Below, piece by piece: positions 12,837-30,201 of a stretch of DNA of 64,000 nucleotides. Every line of letters starts with the position of its first letter. Positions within the stretch are counted from its first letter, which is position 1. The notes beneath the pieces were generated by a model, which was not told the DNA's origin, did no database searches, and saw only the letters and a program-made list of their open reading frames with translations. A program made the translations under genes and the position numbers. The stretch lies in NCBI RefSeq assembly GCF_009914755.1, contig NC_060934.1. One strand, given 5' to 3'. Origin of the DNA: the human T2T-CHM13v2.0 reference genome, Homo sapiens.

Positions 12837-15009
12837 TGAATTTAGATTTCAAACAAGTGTTTTATGTTAACTAAAAAATAAAAATTTTTTCCTTAAAGTT
12901 TCACCTGGGGAATAAGTTAAGTAGAACTGAGCATCAGAAAGTAACACGAATATTTGACTTTTAATTTAGCTTCCTTCCTTTTATTTTTCAGTGACTGCCT
13001 CCAACTGCAATTTATAGTGGTGATGAAGGAAGAGGTGAGCTAGCACAGGGGCAGGTTGGTTGTGTAGAAAGAGGAGAACTCCAAGCTGCCAATATATTTT
13101 TGCAGTAGTGGAACGACGTTTATTTCTATTCTGGTGTTGCTATCAACTATCTGTGTGGCTGTAGTAGAATTCCCTCATTTCTCTAAATCTCACTCCCATT
13201 ATCTGTAAAATATTAGACTAAAAAGGTCCCTTTCAGCTTTATGCTTATATAATTTAAACATATCATATTTTCTTTAACGCTTCTATAAGTATGCCCGAAA
13301 GCTGGTTTAGAAAGGAATGTCATCAAAAAGAACATACTTAATATTAAAGAGAAGAAAACTTTCTAATTCCTAACATTTCTCATTCAGAACACAAGACCTT
13401 ACTGTACTTGCAACTATGGACTGCGCCTTTTGTCATAACAGTATTAATCAAAGTAGTACAGACATTCAAAATATCCATCCCAGGAGAGCCATTTGCATTT
13501 ATTCTTAAACGTCCATTAGCATATTTCTGATTATTATGATCATTGAACTGTACCTTTCTAAAGCTGGAGTATAGACATTATTGCCAAGTTGCTACCTCTG
13601 TTTATTTCACCTGTATCATTAATTCTAATTCTAATTCTAATTAACTCAAAACAAACTGACTTACTATATGAATTTTTATTCTTATCTGAACATTTTCTTG
13701 GTTTAGTCTTTGATAGCATCAGAAATATACTATGACATTAAAAATTACTGCAGACCCCTTCTAATAGTTCCCTATTGGTTGTCTATCCTCTGTTGACTGC
13801 ATACTATATTATTTATGGCAAATGGAAGGCTCACAGTGAAATTCTTGATTGTACTGTGTCAATATATAAAGTCAGTTGAACATCTGAATGTTTCTAAAAT
13901 CCTTTGAAATTACGTCTGCCACATCAAAGGAATGTTGCTTGAGAAAAATGATAGTAGCTATCAATAAGCACCATTTAAAAGCACCCCTTTTAAAGATTTT
14001 ACTTTACATTTTCTAAGCAAAATTTGGTCTGGTTTTATAATACCAGAAAATAATCACTGAGTCAGAATGGCAGGTGGAGCAGGAAAACACTTTGGTTGAG
14101 GGGTGGGGGTAAGAAAATATCTAATAAGGTATGATTGGCATTATTACTAGAAAAAGGGTAAAAGTTGGAGAATTGTGGGGTGGATGTTGAGAGAAATGAC
14201 CATTCTCTTTTCCCAAGAACTCTGGCCAACTGGGTAATAAATGAATCATAGCTGGTGGCTGGAAGAAATGTTCTCATATATATTTTACTGAGAGAGTTCT
14301 GTCTATATGAAACAGCATATATTATTGAAAAAGTTATTTTTATACCATCTACAGACCCTACACACAAACGTCAAAGCTAGGTGGGAAAAAAAGGAGTTAG
14401 TCTTAATCTTCAGAAAAGACAGACAAAATAAGAAACAAAATTAAGTTGAAAAAATAACTGTCTCTCAGATGACAGTACTTTCCTGTTTTCTCAAATGCAT
14501 CTTTTATTTGGGGTTAGTGAAATTGATTCATGCTCTTTGGTCTGAAAATATTTCCACACAAACTGATTTCCTGAGTGACACAGAACTGTATCAAGTATTT
14601 AGTCTAAATTCATTCACTAATTAAATATCATCTAGCAACAAGTGTTCTAGACATATTAATGAGTGTTGGACCCATTAGAGATTTTGTAAGCAAGTCTATT
14701 CTGAGTTTTAATTCCATTTTGTTACCTAACTTTCTGTGATTCATGTATGTCTTGCTCTTAATTGGTTGTGAGTTGTTTGAGGAAGGGGTCTTTTCCTTCA
14801 CAATCCTGTGTCTCCAAGATTAACCAAAGTGTCTGGTACCTGGGGTGGACCTAATAAGTGTCAGTGGTATTCATGCACAGTAAGAATACTGTACCCATCA
14901 TCTGTACTTTTACCTCTTTTTGTCATACAGAGAAGTAATTTATTTCCCTGGTATTGGTGACCAAGAATCTGTAAGCTACAAAAAATTTCCCTCAAGAAAG
15001 TGAAAGGAA

Positions 15010-15230
15010 GAAAAAATTACTGAGCACTTGCTGTCTGTTAGATTATGTCAAGGGTTATCAAATATATTGTTTATATTTAAATTCTCACAGCAACCTTGGT
15101 AGGGAGGTATTATCACTCCAGTTAACAAATGAGGAAAAATGAATGCTCAGAAAGATGGATTAACTTACTCTTGACCTTTAAATTCATAAGTGGCAGAATC
15201 AAGATATGTGTCACATGTAATTTTCAGACT
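15010..15230 (-). mobile_element. MIR SINE
   Basis: TTTAAATTCTCACAGCAACCTTGGTAGGGAGGTATTATCACTCCAG...AATGAGGAAAAATGAATGCTCAGAAAG. Confidence 0.75.
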
Positions 15231-15270
15231 GTGCATCAACATAGCCATAGAAACAATCAGGAGTGTGTAA

Positions 15271-15315
15271 GTGTGTGTGTGTGTGTGTGTGTGTGCACGC
15301 ACGCATGTGTGTGTG
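15271..15315. repeat. (TG)n microsatellite / alternating purine-pyrimidine tract
   Basis: GTGTGT run followed by GCACGCACGCATGTGTGTGTG. Confidence 0.9.
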
Positions 15316-15584
15316 AATGTGGTGTGTGTCTAGAAAGAGAAACAGAGTTAGAGAGAGCAGCTATCCTTTATGAATGTCCTTAAGTGATTTTGTTCCACTG
15401 ATGGTCAGTTGACCAGTGCATCCTGTACTGATACTGATCCATCATGCTAGAAGAAAAAATGAAGCCATCATCGTGTCTTTCCAAACAGCCCCGAAGCAAT
15501 CTTCCTCTGCTAGACTTCTGGGATACTAGGGAGGACACAATCAGATTCTACCTAGCAGTATAGACAGTCCCATAAATTAATATC

Positions 15585-16187
15585 TTTTTAAAATTTTAAG
15601 TTTGGGGTACCTATACAGGTTTGTTACATAGGTAAATTTGTGTCATGGGGATTAGTTGTACAGATTATGTAATCATCCAGGTATTAAGCCTGATACTTAT
15701 TAGTTATTTTTCCTGATCCTCTCCGTCCTCCTACCCTCCACCATCCTATTGGCCCCGTTGTCTGTTGTTTGCCTCCACGTGTTATCATTTAGCTCCACTT
15801 ATAAGTAAGAACAGGCTGTACTTGGTTTTCTGTTCCTGTTAACTATTCGTCCGTTTGCTAAGGATACCATCTCACACCAGTCAGAATGGCTATTATTAAA
15901 AAGTCAAAAAATAACTGGTGCTGGTGAAGTTGTGGAGAAAAAGGAACACTTATACACTGTTCGTGGGGGCATAAATTAGTTCAGCCATTGTGTAAAAGGG
16001 TGTGGCAGTTCCTCAAAGACCTAAAAACAGAAATACCATTTGACCCAACAATCCCATTACTGGATATATACCCAAAGGAATATAAATCATTCTATCATAA
16101 AGACTCATGCATGCATATGTTTATTGCAGCACTATCCACAATAGCAAAGACGTGGAATCAGTCTAAATGCCCATTAGTGGCAGACTG
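15585..16187 (-). mobile_element. Older L1PA (about L1PA13-16-like) 3' end with 5' inversion (twin-priming structure)
   Basis: 15585-15866 is the antisense L1 3' UTR. 15863-16187 is sense-orientation ORF2 C-terminus (ORF 15988: FLKDLKTEIPFDPTIPLLDIYPKEYKSF). The junction shares GATA. Confidence 0.85.
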
Positions 16188-19100
16188 CAGGTTGATTATT
16201 CTTCACTCAAAACACCACTCACACATTGTGGTGTCTTCATTTAAGAGGTTCACTCAAAATAGAGTATGTCCTATTCCCCCTCTACATTGAAAAAGAAATG
16301 CCTGTTTATCCGTTAAAACCTCTCTTAAATATGATCTTCCCATGACACCCTCCCCAGCATTCTCACAGTGTTGGTCATTTCCTCAGTACTTTGTACTGGT
16401 CTACATTGTAGCATTTATTACATTCTCTGAGAATATTTCCTTATTTGCCCCTCTTCTGCAAGATATTCTGGCATGATGTTTGACAATATTCTACCCACAA
16501 GGTAATATTTTCTGAAAGAAACTGAGGACTGATTAGGACCTCAACTTGATAAGAAATGGTCAGTGATCAGCATTTTATTCACGTTTTCCTTAGGCACCAC
16601 TAACCCTTATGTAAGTCCCTATCTTGGTCTTAGAAGAAAAAGAAAAATTAGTATGGAAAATTCTAATCTCACTCTTACTACTAGAAAGAAAATTTAAGGC
16701 TTTTATGCTTATTTCTTCTTCCATGTCTGCAAGAAGTAAGGAGTTGAAATAGAAAGAAGTGTTAATATTAAGAAAATGAAAGAGAGATCAGAATGGAATT
16801 GAATTCCAATCCTGACATACCATTTAATTATACTGGGCCTCTATAGAGCATACATAAAAAATGAAAATAAAATAATAGTGGGACAAAATAATATGTATCT
16901 CACCTTTACATACCTAATATATTTAAAAGGCACTGACTTCAAAATTTGAGCTGAATGAAATTTTACTTTTACTCTTGCCTTTTCTTTGATTCACCCTTTC
17001 ATTCTTTGGCTCTGTTTCTCTAATTCAGCTGTTTTCTTCTTCTTTAAAACGCAATTCAAAGATCACCTCATTCAAAAAGTCTTTCCTGTCTGAACTAATA
17101 GAATTGTTGTGTGTAGATAGCAGAGGGAGGGTCTTCTCTGTACAGCTATATGCCCTAGGATTCCTTCTGAAATATCATTTTGTGCAGTCCTAATAGCGTA
17201 TCATTTCTTTTCTCTAAAATCTATCTCTCTTATTGGAAGAACTGTATCTTAAACTACCACAGTTCCTAGTACAGGGTAACTATTGAATGAATATATGTTA
17301 GATAAAACTAAAATCTGAGCCCCTGCTATGCATTTTATCTTTATAAAGACACTTATGAACCACCTCAAATTTAACTTATTTTGAGTATTTTGTTTCTCCC
17401 ACAGTGTTTCCTAAACAATCCAACACAAGGTTTATATACTGTGGCTTATCAGACAATGTTTACTAATGTAAAGGAATCTAGGGAGCTATAATCAAACAAG
17501 TCATTTCTTCAAACTATCTAAACAAATTGTATTCTTAACCATTTTATTCCATGTGTCTTGATTTTTTTTTCCATTTTACAAATAGTAATAGAAGGCTTCA
17601 AAACGTTTGAATTTTGAATTTTAATAAAGTAAGAATCTGAAGATATATACTCCTGGCCCTCCCCTATGCAATTCAACACCACAACCATTTATTGCACAGT
17701 TACAGGATGCAATTGTCATTATCCATAATTGATTATGATGTTAAACAATTTGAAGATGCCTAATCAAAAGACAAAACTAAGTTGCTAGTACAGAAACCAT
17801 CTTTTCTCCCAAGAGGATCACCTTTACCCAATTCTACCAAGTTTTGTTATGACTGGCATGTCATTTTTCTTATATAAATGACATGCAGTAGTAACCATCT
17901 ATAATCACAATTATTTACATTTTTATCTTGCTTAGTTGTTAGCAGAGCATTTTCACATGTATTCAATCTTTTGAGGAAGGAGAGGGATTGCTTTAGTTCC
18001 ATTCTACAGATAAGGCAAATGAGTCTGAGGTACAGTTATTTACAGAAAATTACTATGAATTTAGAGAGCAATGTCATGCTGGAAATCTTGCTTTAAATAA
18101 TTTCACTGAAATCATAATCTATTTCACCAATAAGTGAATATCTTACTGTTTCTTCAGCAGTAATGGGAGCATAACCACACAATTTTGATCTATGTGTCTA
18201 ATTTTTCTATGTTAGTTTTCTTTTTAAATATCATTTTATTTTCATTGACCTTTTCCCTGTTGAAGATTGACATATGTGAACAATTAATTTTGTATTAATT
18301 ACTGCCTAATATCATTAGTGAAAATAACCATTGTTTAAATTGTAATTATTATCTTAATAAAATACTCATTTGTTCTGCACACATTTGGCTAAAATGTTGC
18401 TGATGCAATGCAGTTGCAGAAATGAAAATCCAGGGTTATCCCTTCAAGGAAGTAAATTAATGCCTTGATAGCGAGACATTATTTCATTTAACTGACCATC
18501 TCTCATCACTTAATAGTAGCTCCTGTTGCACTGTGTGAGGAAGAATTATGAGGTTGTGTCTAGTCTTAATAAGAAAGGAGGTTATAATCAACTAATAATG
18601 TCTACAGTAGGAAAAGTAGGAGAAATAACAGAACATAGGTTATAAAAATGCCTGGTATAGTGGATAATAATTCCTTGGATTTGTTAGTAAATGTGTTTTG
18701 GTTTTCACAATAAAAACGTGCATTTTTAAAATTTTATAAATAATATGTGCTCATTGAACAAAAATGAAAAATACTAACTATGTTTAGGAATAAAATGGAA
18801 ACATATTCCTCCACCATATTTCACTCTGAGATGGCTACCACTAATGTTTGGTGATTATCCTTATATAGTTTATGTCTATAAACAAAAACATGCAAACAAT
18901 ATTTATATACTTCAGATTAACATAGATTATATCACACACATATACTTATCTTGGATATAGATAGTTTTTATTTTCAGGAAATTGTTTTGTAAGTTTTCGG
19001 TTTGTTTGCTGTTCTAATGCCAATATTTTCTCTTCTTCCACCATCCTTACTTTACCTGGCCCATGTAAGGATTGCTGATATTTATCTATGCTGATGGAAT

Positions 19101-19307
19101 TCCACCATTATATATCTACAGATGTATTTACATGTAAATATATAGATACAAATATACTATAAAAATATATTTTTATATATGGGCGTATGTATAGTTTTTA
19201 TCATTGTTTAAAATCAAACATTTTTTACATATTTCCCAACATATCAACATTGTTTATTTAACAAAACAACTTGGAAGTCCCTGCCAGTTAACTGCTGAGC
19301 TATATTC

Positions 19308-19569
19308 TTTTTTTTTTGAGTGTAGTGGCGTGATCTCGGCTCACTGAAATCTCTGCCTCCTGAGTTCAAGCGATTCTCCTGCCTCAGTCTCCGGAGTAGC
19401 TGGGACTACAGGCACCTGCCACCACATCCAGCTAACTCTTTGTGTATTTTTAGTAGAGATGGGGTTTTGCTGTGTTGGCCAGGATGGTCTTGATCTCCTG
19501 ACCTCGTGATCTGCCCGCCTTGGCCTCCCAAAGTGCCAGGATTACAGGAGTGAGCCACCGCACCTGGCC
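19308..19569 (-). mobile_element. AluS (Sc/Sg-like) with a deletion of about 31 nt next to the tail
   Basis: TTTTGAG joins directly to TGTAGTGGCGTGATCTCGG. TSD TG(A/G)GCTATATTCTTT at 19296-19310 and 19570-19584, followed by AA (L1 endonuclease site). Confidence 0.95.
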
Positions 19570-20381
19570 TGGGCTATATTCTTTAAAGGCTTTTTGATAC
19601 AGTTTACAAAGCACTTTGAAATCTAGTTTTTTATTTACCTTCAACAGACTAGTGAGGTAGTCAAACTAGGAAAGAAACTGTTCTTTCTTTCTTTTTTGAA
19701 GAATTCTTATAATGAATAAACTATAGTTTGGGGGGATTAAGTGACTTGTCCAGGTGAAACAAATATTAACTGATAAGAAACAAAGTTTTACCGAGGTCAT
19801 ACTATCCCAGGCCCATTGCCCTTCCGATTCCTATAGTAATTGCCACAGTTAACTTGACGGCACTCAAGGGAAAGAAGAAAAGGCTCTGCATGATAAACTT
19901 TTCAGTGAACTCATCCAGGGTCACTGTCAGGATGATCTACGTGGGAAGTACTATTCTATTCAGATTACAGAATAAGACTCTGAGATCAAAGTCTATAGAA
20001 CATGCTCAACTTTTCCTATCAAGGAAAAGGCAAGAACTAAGCCTACTGTGTGCCAAATCCTACATTTTTAAATTATAATATATTAAATTTGGGTCTGAAC
20101 ATTATGTGTCCTTTTTGATGGTTACTTAAAAATAACCTTCTGAGGCCATATCATTATTGTAATTATTTACCTTTGTACCTCTTTCTAGGAAATGAAGATT
20201 TCAGAAACGTAAATGCAACAGAGATGGAGATTTTCTTTGACTGATTGGCACTTGGAGCCATAGGAAAAATAATAGTACTATTGATGAGACAGAGTACCAT
20301 CCATTCTTACATTGCAGTCACATTGGATCTACACTGAATTAACAAGTAAATATTTTTGGTCCAGAATTAGGACTTCTATGA

Positions 20382-20713
<332 letters not shown>

Positions 20714-21627
20714 TGTGCACTCCTGATTTTTAAGGACGAGGCTGAGTGAGACTGAGGCAAAATCCTTTGGCAACTGCAATAATATCATTTATTTACAGCA
20801 TATGAATAAGTTTCAAAAAGCCACATATATTATATAATTCTATTCACTACATATAAGCCATGTACAGTGATATGGATTTTCCTCAGATGAGCAATGTGAC
20901 TATGTGAATATTTCAAGGGCTTGTTAATAGGTGTGTATATTCACAGGTGTATGTGTGTAATACCAACAGACATCCTGGCTTTGTAGTAGATGCCTGTGTT
21001 TTGTATTATGCAAAATTTATTAAATCCTGAAAAATAGTGGATGGGTGATAAAAAGAAAGTGCTGCTTCACCAAGAAAAAAATATTCTGAACCTTAGACTA
21101 TAGATGGTAACTTAACATATGCCACTATAAATTGTAGTCTGTTTGACCAATTGTTTTAAAAGAGATATTTTAGACCTATAAATAGCATAAAATGTGCTCT
21201 ATTGTATTTGTTGCTTACCATCTACAGAGTACTAAACCCTGTAAAAAAACATAAAAATTACAACAAACTGCCCAAATCTGTACAATAGAATGTGAAGCTA
21301 AGTACAAGCAGTTGTGCTAGGCATTATGACTGTGTAAATAGGTCAACAACCTAGTGTTCACACTTTCTTCATTTTATTTTTTATCTACCATTTAAATATA
21401 CAAGCCTACATCCACAAAAAAAGGACAAAGGTGGTAGTATTTATGCATGTGCTACTTAAAACATTTATTACTCTGTTGCCCACTGTATCTAAGGCATTAA
21501 ACTAGGTGTTGCCATATGCATTATCCCATGAGATGACCATATGAACTTCATGAAGTGGTCATTATTATTCTCACATTACCAAAGAGTTAACTTACTCTTC
21601 TTACGACTTGTGGCGGAATTAGTATGC

Positions 21628-22323
<696 letters not shown>

Positions 22324-22737
22324 GATGGTAAATCAATTTTATCTGATTCAAAGACAAGTCTCCTGTACTACACCTTAGCCTACCATTCAAAAAGCCCTAA
22401 TTGTTACATCACTGCCTGCTGATGTGAAGATGTTGTTATTCTAAAACATGAAGGGTCATCCCTTTTCAGACACAAATGTAATTCCTAAATAGTACATTTT
22501 TTTTTTCTCTGTAGAGATAGGGGACAGAAGATAATAATGCAGTTGGGTAACATTATTAGTAAGTTGGATGTTTTATACAGCCCCTAATTCCTGGGAAAAT
22601 TCCAACACAACCCTCAGATGCTACTTGGTAGAAATGAATTATAAATAATTTTTACAAGTCTCTACAAGAGTTAGCATTAATTGAGCCATTTCAGTATATG
22701 GAGTGGTTCAGGATTATATACAGGATCTTTAAACATC

Positions 22738-24826
<2,089 letters not shown>

Positions 24827-25261
24827 TCAGTATTCTAATACTGTTATGTCAGAATGGGACTGAAACCTATTGTATATCCCTAAACAAAAATCAAAACCAC
24901 TTCTTAGTTAGATGATGCATTGCCAAAGATCTGTGTATCTTTCACTAAGACACAAACTCAGGTGTAGGGATAGAATGGAGGTGTTGGTTTCCTTACAGTA
25001 ACATTTTGGTACAGAACTTTACGGAAATGCATTTTAGTTAATCAGCCACTTAACGATGTACACTTTTCTGATATTACTCATGTAATAGTTATTTCTGATT
25101 GAACAGATCTGACGCTTAGTTATCCTGGTGTCAGAGCCAAAATTACAACAACTTTCAAGAACTTTAACCTTCCTAGATCTTCAGAACCTTGAAATTGGAG
25201 GTAAAATTATGACTTTGTCCACTCCACACATTTTACAGATGAGTAAATTGAAGTACATTCC

Positions 25262-25661
25262 TGTCTTAGTCTGCTTGGGTTGCCAAAACAAAAATACCAT
25301 ATTCCAGGTGGTGTGAACAACAGAGATTTATTATTTATATATATGTATTTTTTTTTGTCAAAATGGAGGCTGAGAAGTCCAAGATAAAAGTACCAGCATA
25401 TCTGGTGTCTAATGAGGGCTCCCCCTTCCTACCTTGCAGCTGGCCATCTTCTTCTTGTATTCTCACGTGGTGGAAAGCAAAAAACAAGAGAGAATGTAAG
25501 CTTCCTTGTGTTGTCTTAAAAAGGCACTACTCCCATTTATGAGGGCTCCACTCTCATGATCTAATTACCTCTCAAAGGCCTTATCTCCAAACACCATCAC
25601 CTTGGGGGCTAGGGTTTCAAGATATGAATTTTGGGGGAACACAAACATTCAATCAATAACA
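25262..25661 (-). mobile_element. MLT1A-like MaLR solo LTR
   Basis: TGTCTTAGTCTGCTTGGGTTGCC...ATATGAATTTTGGGGGAACACAAACATTCAATCAATAACA. Confidence 0.85.
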
Positions 25662-26158
25662 ACATTATTTCAGTAAAATTGTATGCTTTTCAGTACTTCA
25701 CTCATGATTGACCTTGTCTACCTTTCTATTCTTGTCTCCTTACTTTCCCATTCCTACTACTTAATTCTTGTGAAACATGAAACTGCATAAAGCCCTCACT
25801 AGATAAGGCTCTTGTCCACCAGGCTGACACCCCCTCCCCTATCCCAGTGCTCATCCCAGTGGTCCCTCTCTTTGAAGGCTTTCCTTGTCTTCCCCAGGAC
25901 TCCATCTCTACCCACCTCCATGTTACCCCATTTTCCCCAATACCTTCTACTGACTACTATGATAACCCCTTTAGGGCTGTTTTTTATTTTCTAATTAATG
26001 TCTCAGTTCCCAACTTCTATGTAAACTCTTTGATGGCAAGTCTATGTCTTTCTATTATTGTTATCCCAGCCCAAATACAGTGTAATTACTGAACCAAGAG
26101 TAGATAAATATATAACTCGATTCCAGTGTATCACAAATTAGACAAAGGACAGGAAAAG

Positions 26159-26616
26159 TATATTAGTTTCCTCCACAGCTGCCATACCAAAAGAGAACAA
26201 ACTTAGTTGTCTAAAACAACAGAAATGCATCTGTTCACCATTCAGGAGGCCAGAAGCCTGAAATCAAGTTATTGGCAGGAGTTGTTCCTTATGGAGCCTC
26301 TGAGAGAGAAATGCCCCATGCCTCTCTCCTAGCTTCTGGTGATTGCCAGCAATACCTGGCGTTCCTTGACTTCTAGGTACATCACTTCAATGTCTACCTC
26401 TGTCTTCACATGACCTTCTCCTCTCCGTGTCTCTCTGTGTCCTATCCTCTTCTAATAAAAACACTAGTCATTGGATTTAGGGCCCACTCTAAATCAAGAG
26501 TGACTTAATGTCAAGATCCTTAACTAATATATTAACAAAGCTTATTTCCCAAAAAGTTCACATTTTTAGGTTCTGAGTAGACATAAATATCTGGGTATAG
26601 TATTCAACCCACTCTA
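26159..26616 (-). mobile_element. MLT1C-like MaLR solo LTR
   Basis: TATTAGTTTCC...GGAGGCCAGAAGCCTGAAATCAAG...CCTCTCTCCTAGCTTCTGGTG...CTAGTCATTGGATTTAGGGCCCAC. Confidence 0.85.
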
Positions 26617-27299
26617 GAGGGCTAAAATGGTATCCCTAGTCACTTTTGTTTTTTTTTTAGTGTTAGAGCTGAGACTATAAATCCCTATTTCCTTGGAGCA
26701 TACTATCTCTTAGATCATTCATACATTTGATTTAGTAACTAAAAACCATCAACCTGTTTGCTTTAGAGATTTGAAAGACAGAGACGCTCTTCCACAAATA
26801 TCCTACTTTTCTAAATGAAATTAATGGAATTAATTTTCAATGCTCTGTCCTCTGTGTCTGACTCTTAATGATTTTGCTAGGATGAGAAAGTTTGTAATTA
26901 ACTAGGACAAACTAGGAGAGAGATGGGGTGAGTTAGAGCTGACTCATACTCTGGAGGATGTGTGTGGCTGTATGTACCTCTTAAAACTTCTAATTCTTGA
27001 GCGTTGTATTTATCTCAAGATAGGTAAAACTATTTTTAGGAAACATTTTTTTTCTTTCCTCACAAAAAGAAGCTCTTCCTTCCCCAGACTGTTTGCTAAG
27101 CCAGTTACAGCTACACCAGCCTGTAATTTTTCTCTCTTCTCCCCTCCTTTCTTCTGCTCTCCTCCTCTCTCTTAAACAGAAGTATAGAAATTGAGTCAAT
27201 CTTGCAGTGTTCTTTTCATCCTGAAGAAAAAATTCTCAAAAGAAGCCAACAGATCAAATAAGCCACCTTAAGTTAAAATATTTTCAAATATTTACGCTT

Positions 27300-27666
27300 T
27301 GCTATAGTCTGAATATTTGTGTCCCCCCCCCCACCACACAAATTTATATGTTAAAATCCTAACCCCCAAAATCATATTAGGAGGTGGGACATTTAGGGAT
27401 GTGATTAGATCATGAGGGCAGAACTCTCATGAATGGGTTGAGTAGCTTTACAAAAAAGGCCCAGAGAAGTTCCTGTGCCCCTTTTCCTATGTGAGGACCC
27501 AGAAAGAAGTCAGTAGTCTACAAAGAAGGTCCTCACCAGAATTGAACTATGCTGGCACTCTGATCTTGAACTTCCCAGCCTCCGGAATCATGAGAAATAA
27601 ACTTCTATTGTTTATAAGGCACCCAGTCTAAGGTATTTTGTTATAGTTGCCCAAATAAACTAAGAA
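27300..27666 (+). mobile_element. MLT1A0-like MaLR solo LTR
   Basis: TGCTATAGTCTGAATATTTGTGTCCCC...GAGAAATAAACTTCTATTGTTTATAAG...GGTATTTTGTTATAG. Confidence 0.85.
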
Positions 27667-29242
27667 ATTCCTTGATCCATTTATTTTCTGTGATGGCATT
27701 TCTCTTAACATTCTAGTCACTTTGAATTTTCATTTATATTAGCTTCACCCCATCTCTTTAAGGTATTTTTTATTATGCCCATTTTACATTTGAGGAAAGT
27801 GAGATTCAGAGAGTTGTACCATGTGTTCAGAATTGCATAGCTAGTAAGTGGTAGCGCTAGGTTTCCAAACTAATTCCTCTGATTTCTAGTCTCTAGCTCT
27901 CTCCTAGTTTTCTGTGTCTGTTTTAAGATCATCTCACTTAGAAGCTTCATTGAGAAGCTTTAATCCTTCTACATTTTTATATTACTACGAAGATAACAAA
28001 GGTCAGAGTTGGTCTTGGGATATCCGTAGTTTCTTCCTGCTGCTGTACTCATGGGCTTGGATTTTTCTTGAAGCTGACGTAAGAATTGTTGATAATAGTA
28101 CTTAAATGACCATCAATCAGGAATGTTCTTCAGGGGGTGTTTTTTCTCAGTAAGTGGCCTGAAGCAGATTCTATGATTTCCTAGGCCAGTTTGATTATTG
28201 AGAAAATACATGATATCAGTCATTTCCACTTAATTATAAACCAAAACAAAATAAATCTCTTCCATTTTCATAGAGATTTTAGTTTAGAAAGGACTCATTT
28301 TATTGGCACAGCAATTCTATGAAGTAGGAATAATTGAGTACAATTTTTGAATGAGCAAACTGAGAGTTTCCATTCTCAGAGATATTTGTATTTTAAATAA
28401 GCTTCCTAATATTCAGATGAAAGTCCCTGTCTCCTGCTCTGTGAATTCCATTTACTGGTGGGCATCTGTAGAAATGTCTAGGTTAAGTGCAGGAGCCCTT
28501 AAAATCATAAGAAATTGTGGCTGTTTATATAACCTGTCTGTCATTATGGATTCTGGTAATATTGATAGTAAAATGAAAGGAAATGTCCAAGCAAGAAAGA
28601 AAGAGAGAAAGAGGGGAAGCTGAATCAATAAACTTGAAAACGGAGATTCATAAAATAATTCACTTGATGAATGTTTATGACATGTCAAAACTGGGCTAGG
28701 AACTTGTGATACAAGGATTAATAAGACATTGTCTCTGCTTATACTCTACAGGGAAATACAAACAAATCATTAATTATAGCAATATATGGTGAAGGATGAC
28801 AAAGAAGTAAATATGTGTACTCATAGAAATCCTTAGCTGGGTATTCAACACCAACTTGGGAACTGAGAAATCACCCCTCCTTTTACAGATGAGGAAACTG
28901 TGTTTTAGCAAATGACACAGAGACTACACCAACATAAAATATCTGGTATTTATGTTACTGGACCATAAGTTCTATAGATGTTAAAGCTGGGAATTTGGGG
29001 TTGTTACTCATTTGAAGTTACTTTTACTCTGGTGCTTGAAAGCTTATATCTTGTTTTATGGGCATAATGGAACTTCTAAAATTTCTGAAAAATCCCAGTA
29101 GCTTGGGTTTACTGCTACATGCTCTGGTTTCTAAATTCTATCCCTAGTTAAATGAATGCAGAAATAGTGGACAAAGCCAGTTTCAATCCTAGGTCTTCTT
29201 TCTCCATCTACTGCTCTTTCAGCTCTACTATTTACTCTAGCC

Positions 29243-29443
29243 CAGTGACTCTTAACTGGGTGTGATTTTGCCCCCCCAGGGCACATTTGGCAATGTCTGG
29301 TAAATTCTTGCGATCACAACACAGGGTGGGGTGGAGGTGCCATTTGCACTGAGTAATTTAGCAATGGAAGCCAAGAGTGGGGCCAAATATGAAATGATGC
29401 ACAGGACAGCCTCCACAAAAAAGACTCGCCAGTCTGAAATATA
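29243..29443 (+). mobile_element. MER20 (hAT-Charlie) fragment
   Basis: CAGTGACTCTTAACTGGGTGTGATTTTGCCCCCCCAGGGCACATTTGGCAATGTCTGG...ATGCACAGGACAGCC. Confidence 0.85.
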
Positions 29444-29813
29444 TAGTTAGTGAAAGAAAAGGTAAAAGAAAGTTTTATTCTGTTAATGTATATTTTATGA
29501 TAATTAGAGCATTATGCCAATATTCAAATCAGCATCTGTTGAAAAGATTTGTGTGGAAGCTGATATATAGACATATATATCAGTAGTATGAGTGGCTTCT
29601 GCTATAGTTGGTTTTATTATTTTTTTCTTTTGGAATACATATATTTCAGTGCCTAGCACAGTATGCAACATCAGGCCCTTTATAAATATTTCGTGAATAA
29701 ATAAAGCATTACTGGATAAATTATTATTGAGTGTCTACTGTTCTTTAGCCAGTTTATATATTTGCTCCCTAATCTTAAAAATAATTGTTCAAAGAAGGTA
29801 ATATCATCTGCAC

Positions 29814-30113
<300 letters not shown>

Positions 30114-30122
30114 CATCTACAC

Positions 30123-30201
30123 TTTTTTTTTTTTCAAAGTGGAAGTATTTTATTAAGAAAGTAAAGGAATAAAAGAGTGGCTACTCTGTAGACCGCAGCC
30201 C
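30123..30201 (-). mobile_element. Short polyadenylated retrocopy of a MER41-like ERV1 LTR R region
   Basis: Reverse complement reads GGGCTGCGGTCTACAGAGTAGCCACTCTTTTATTCCTTTACTTTCTTAATAAAATACTTCCACTTTG plus A12, similar to the recalled MER41 LTR poly(A)-signal region. Flanked by CATCTACAC/CACCTGCCC plus TTTT|AA. Confidence 0.75.
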
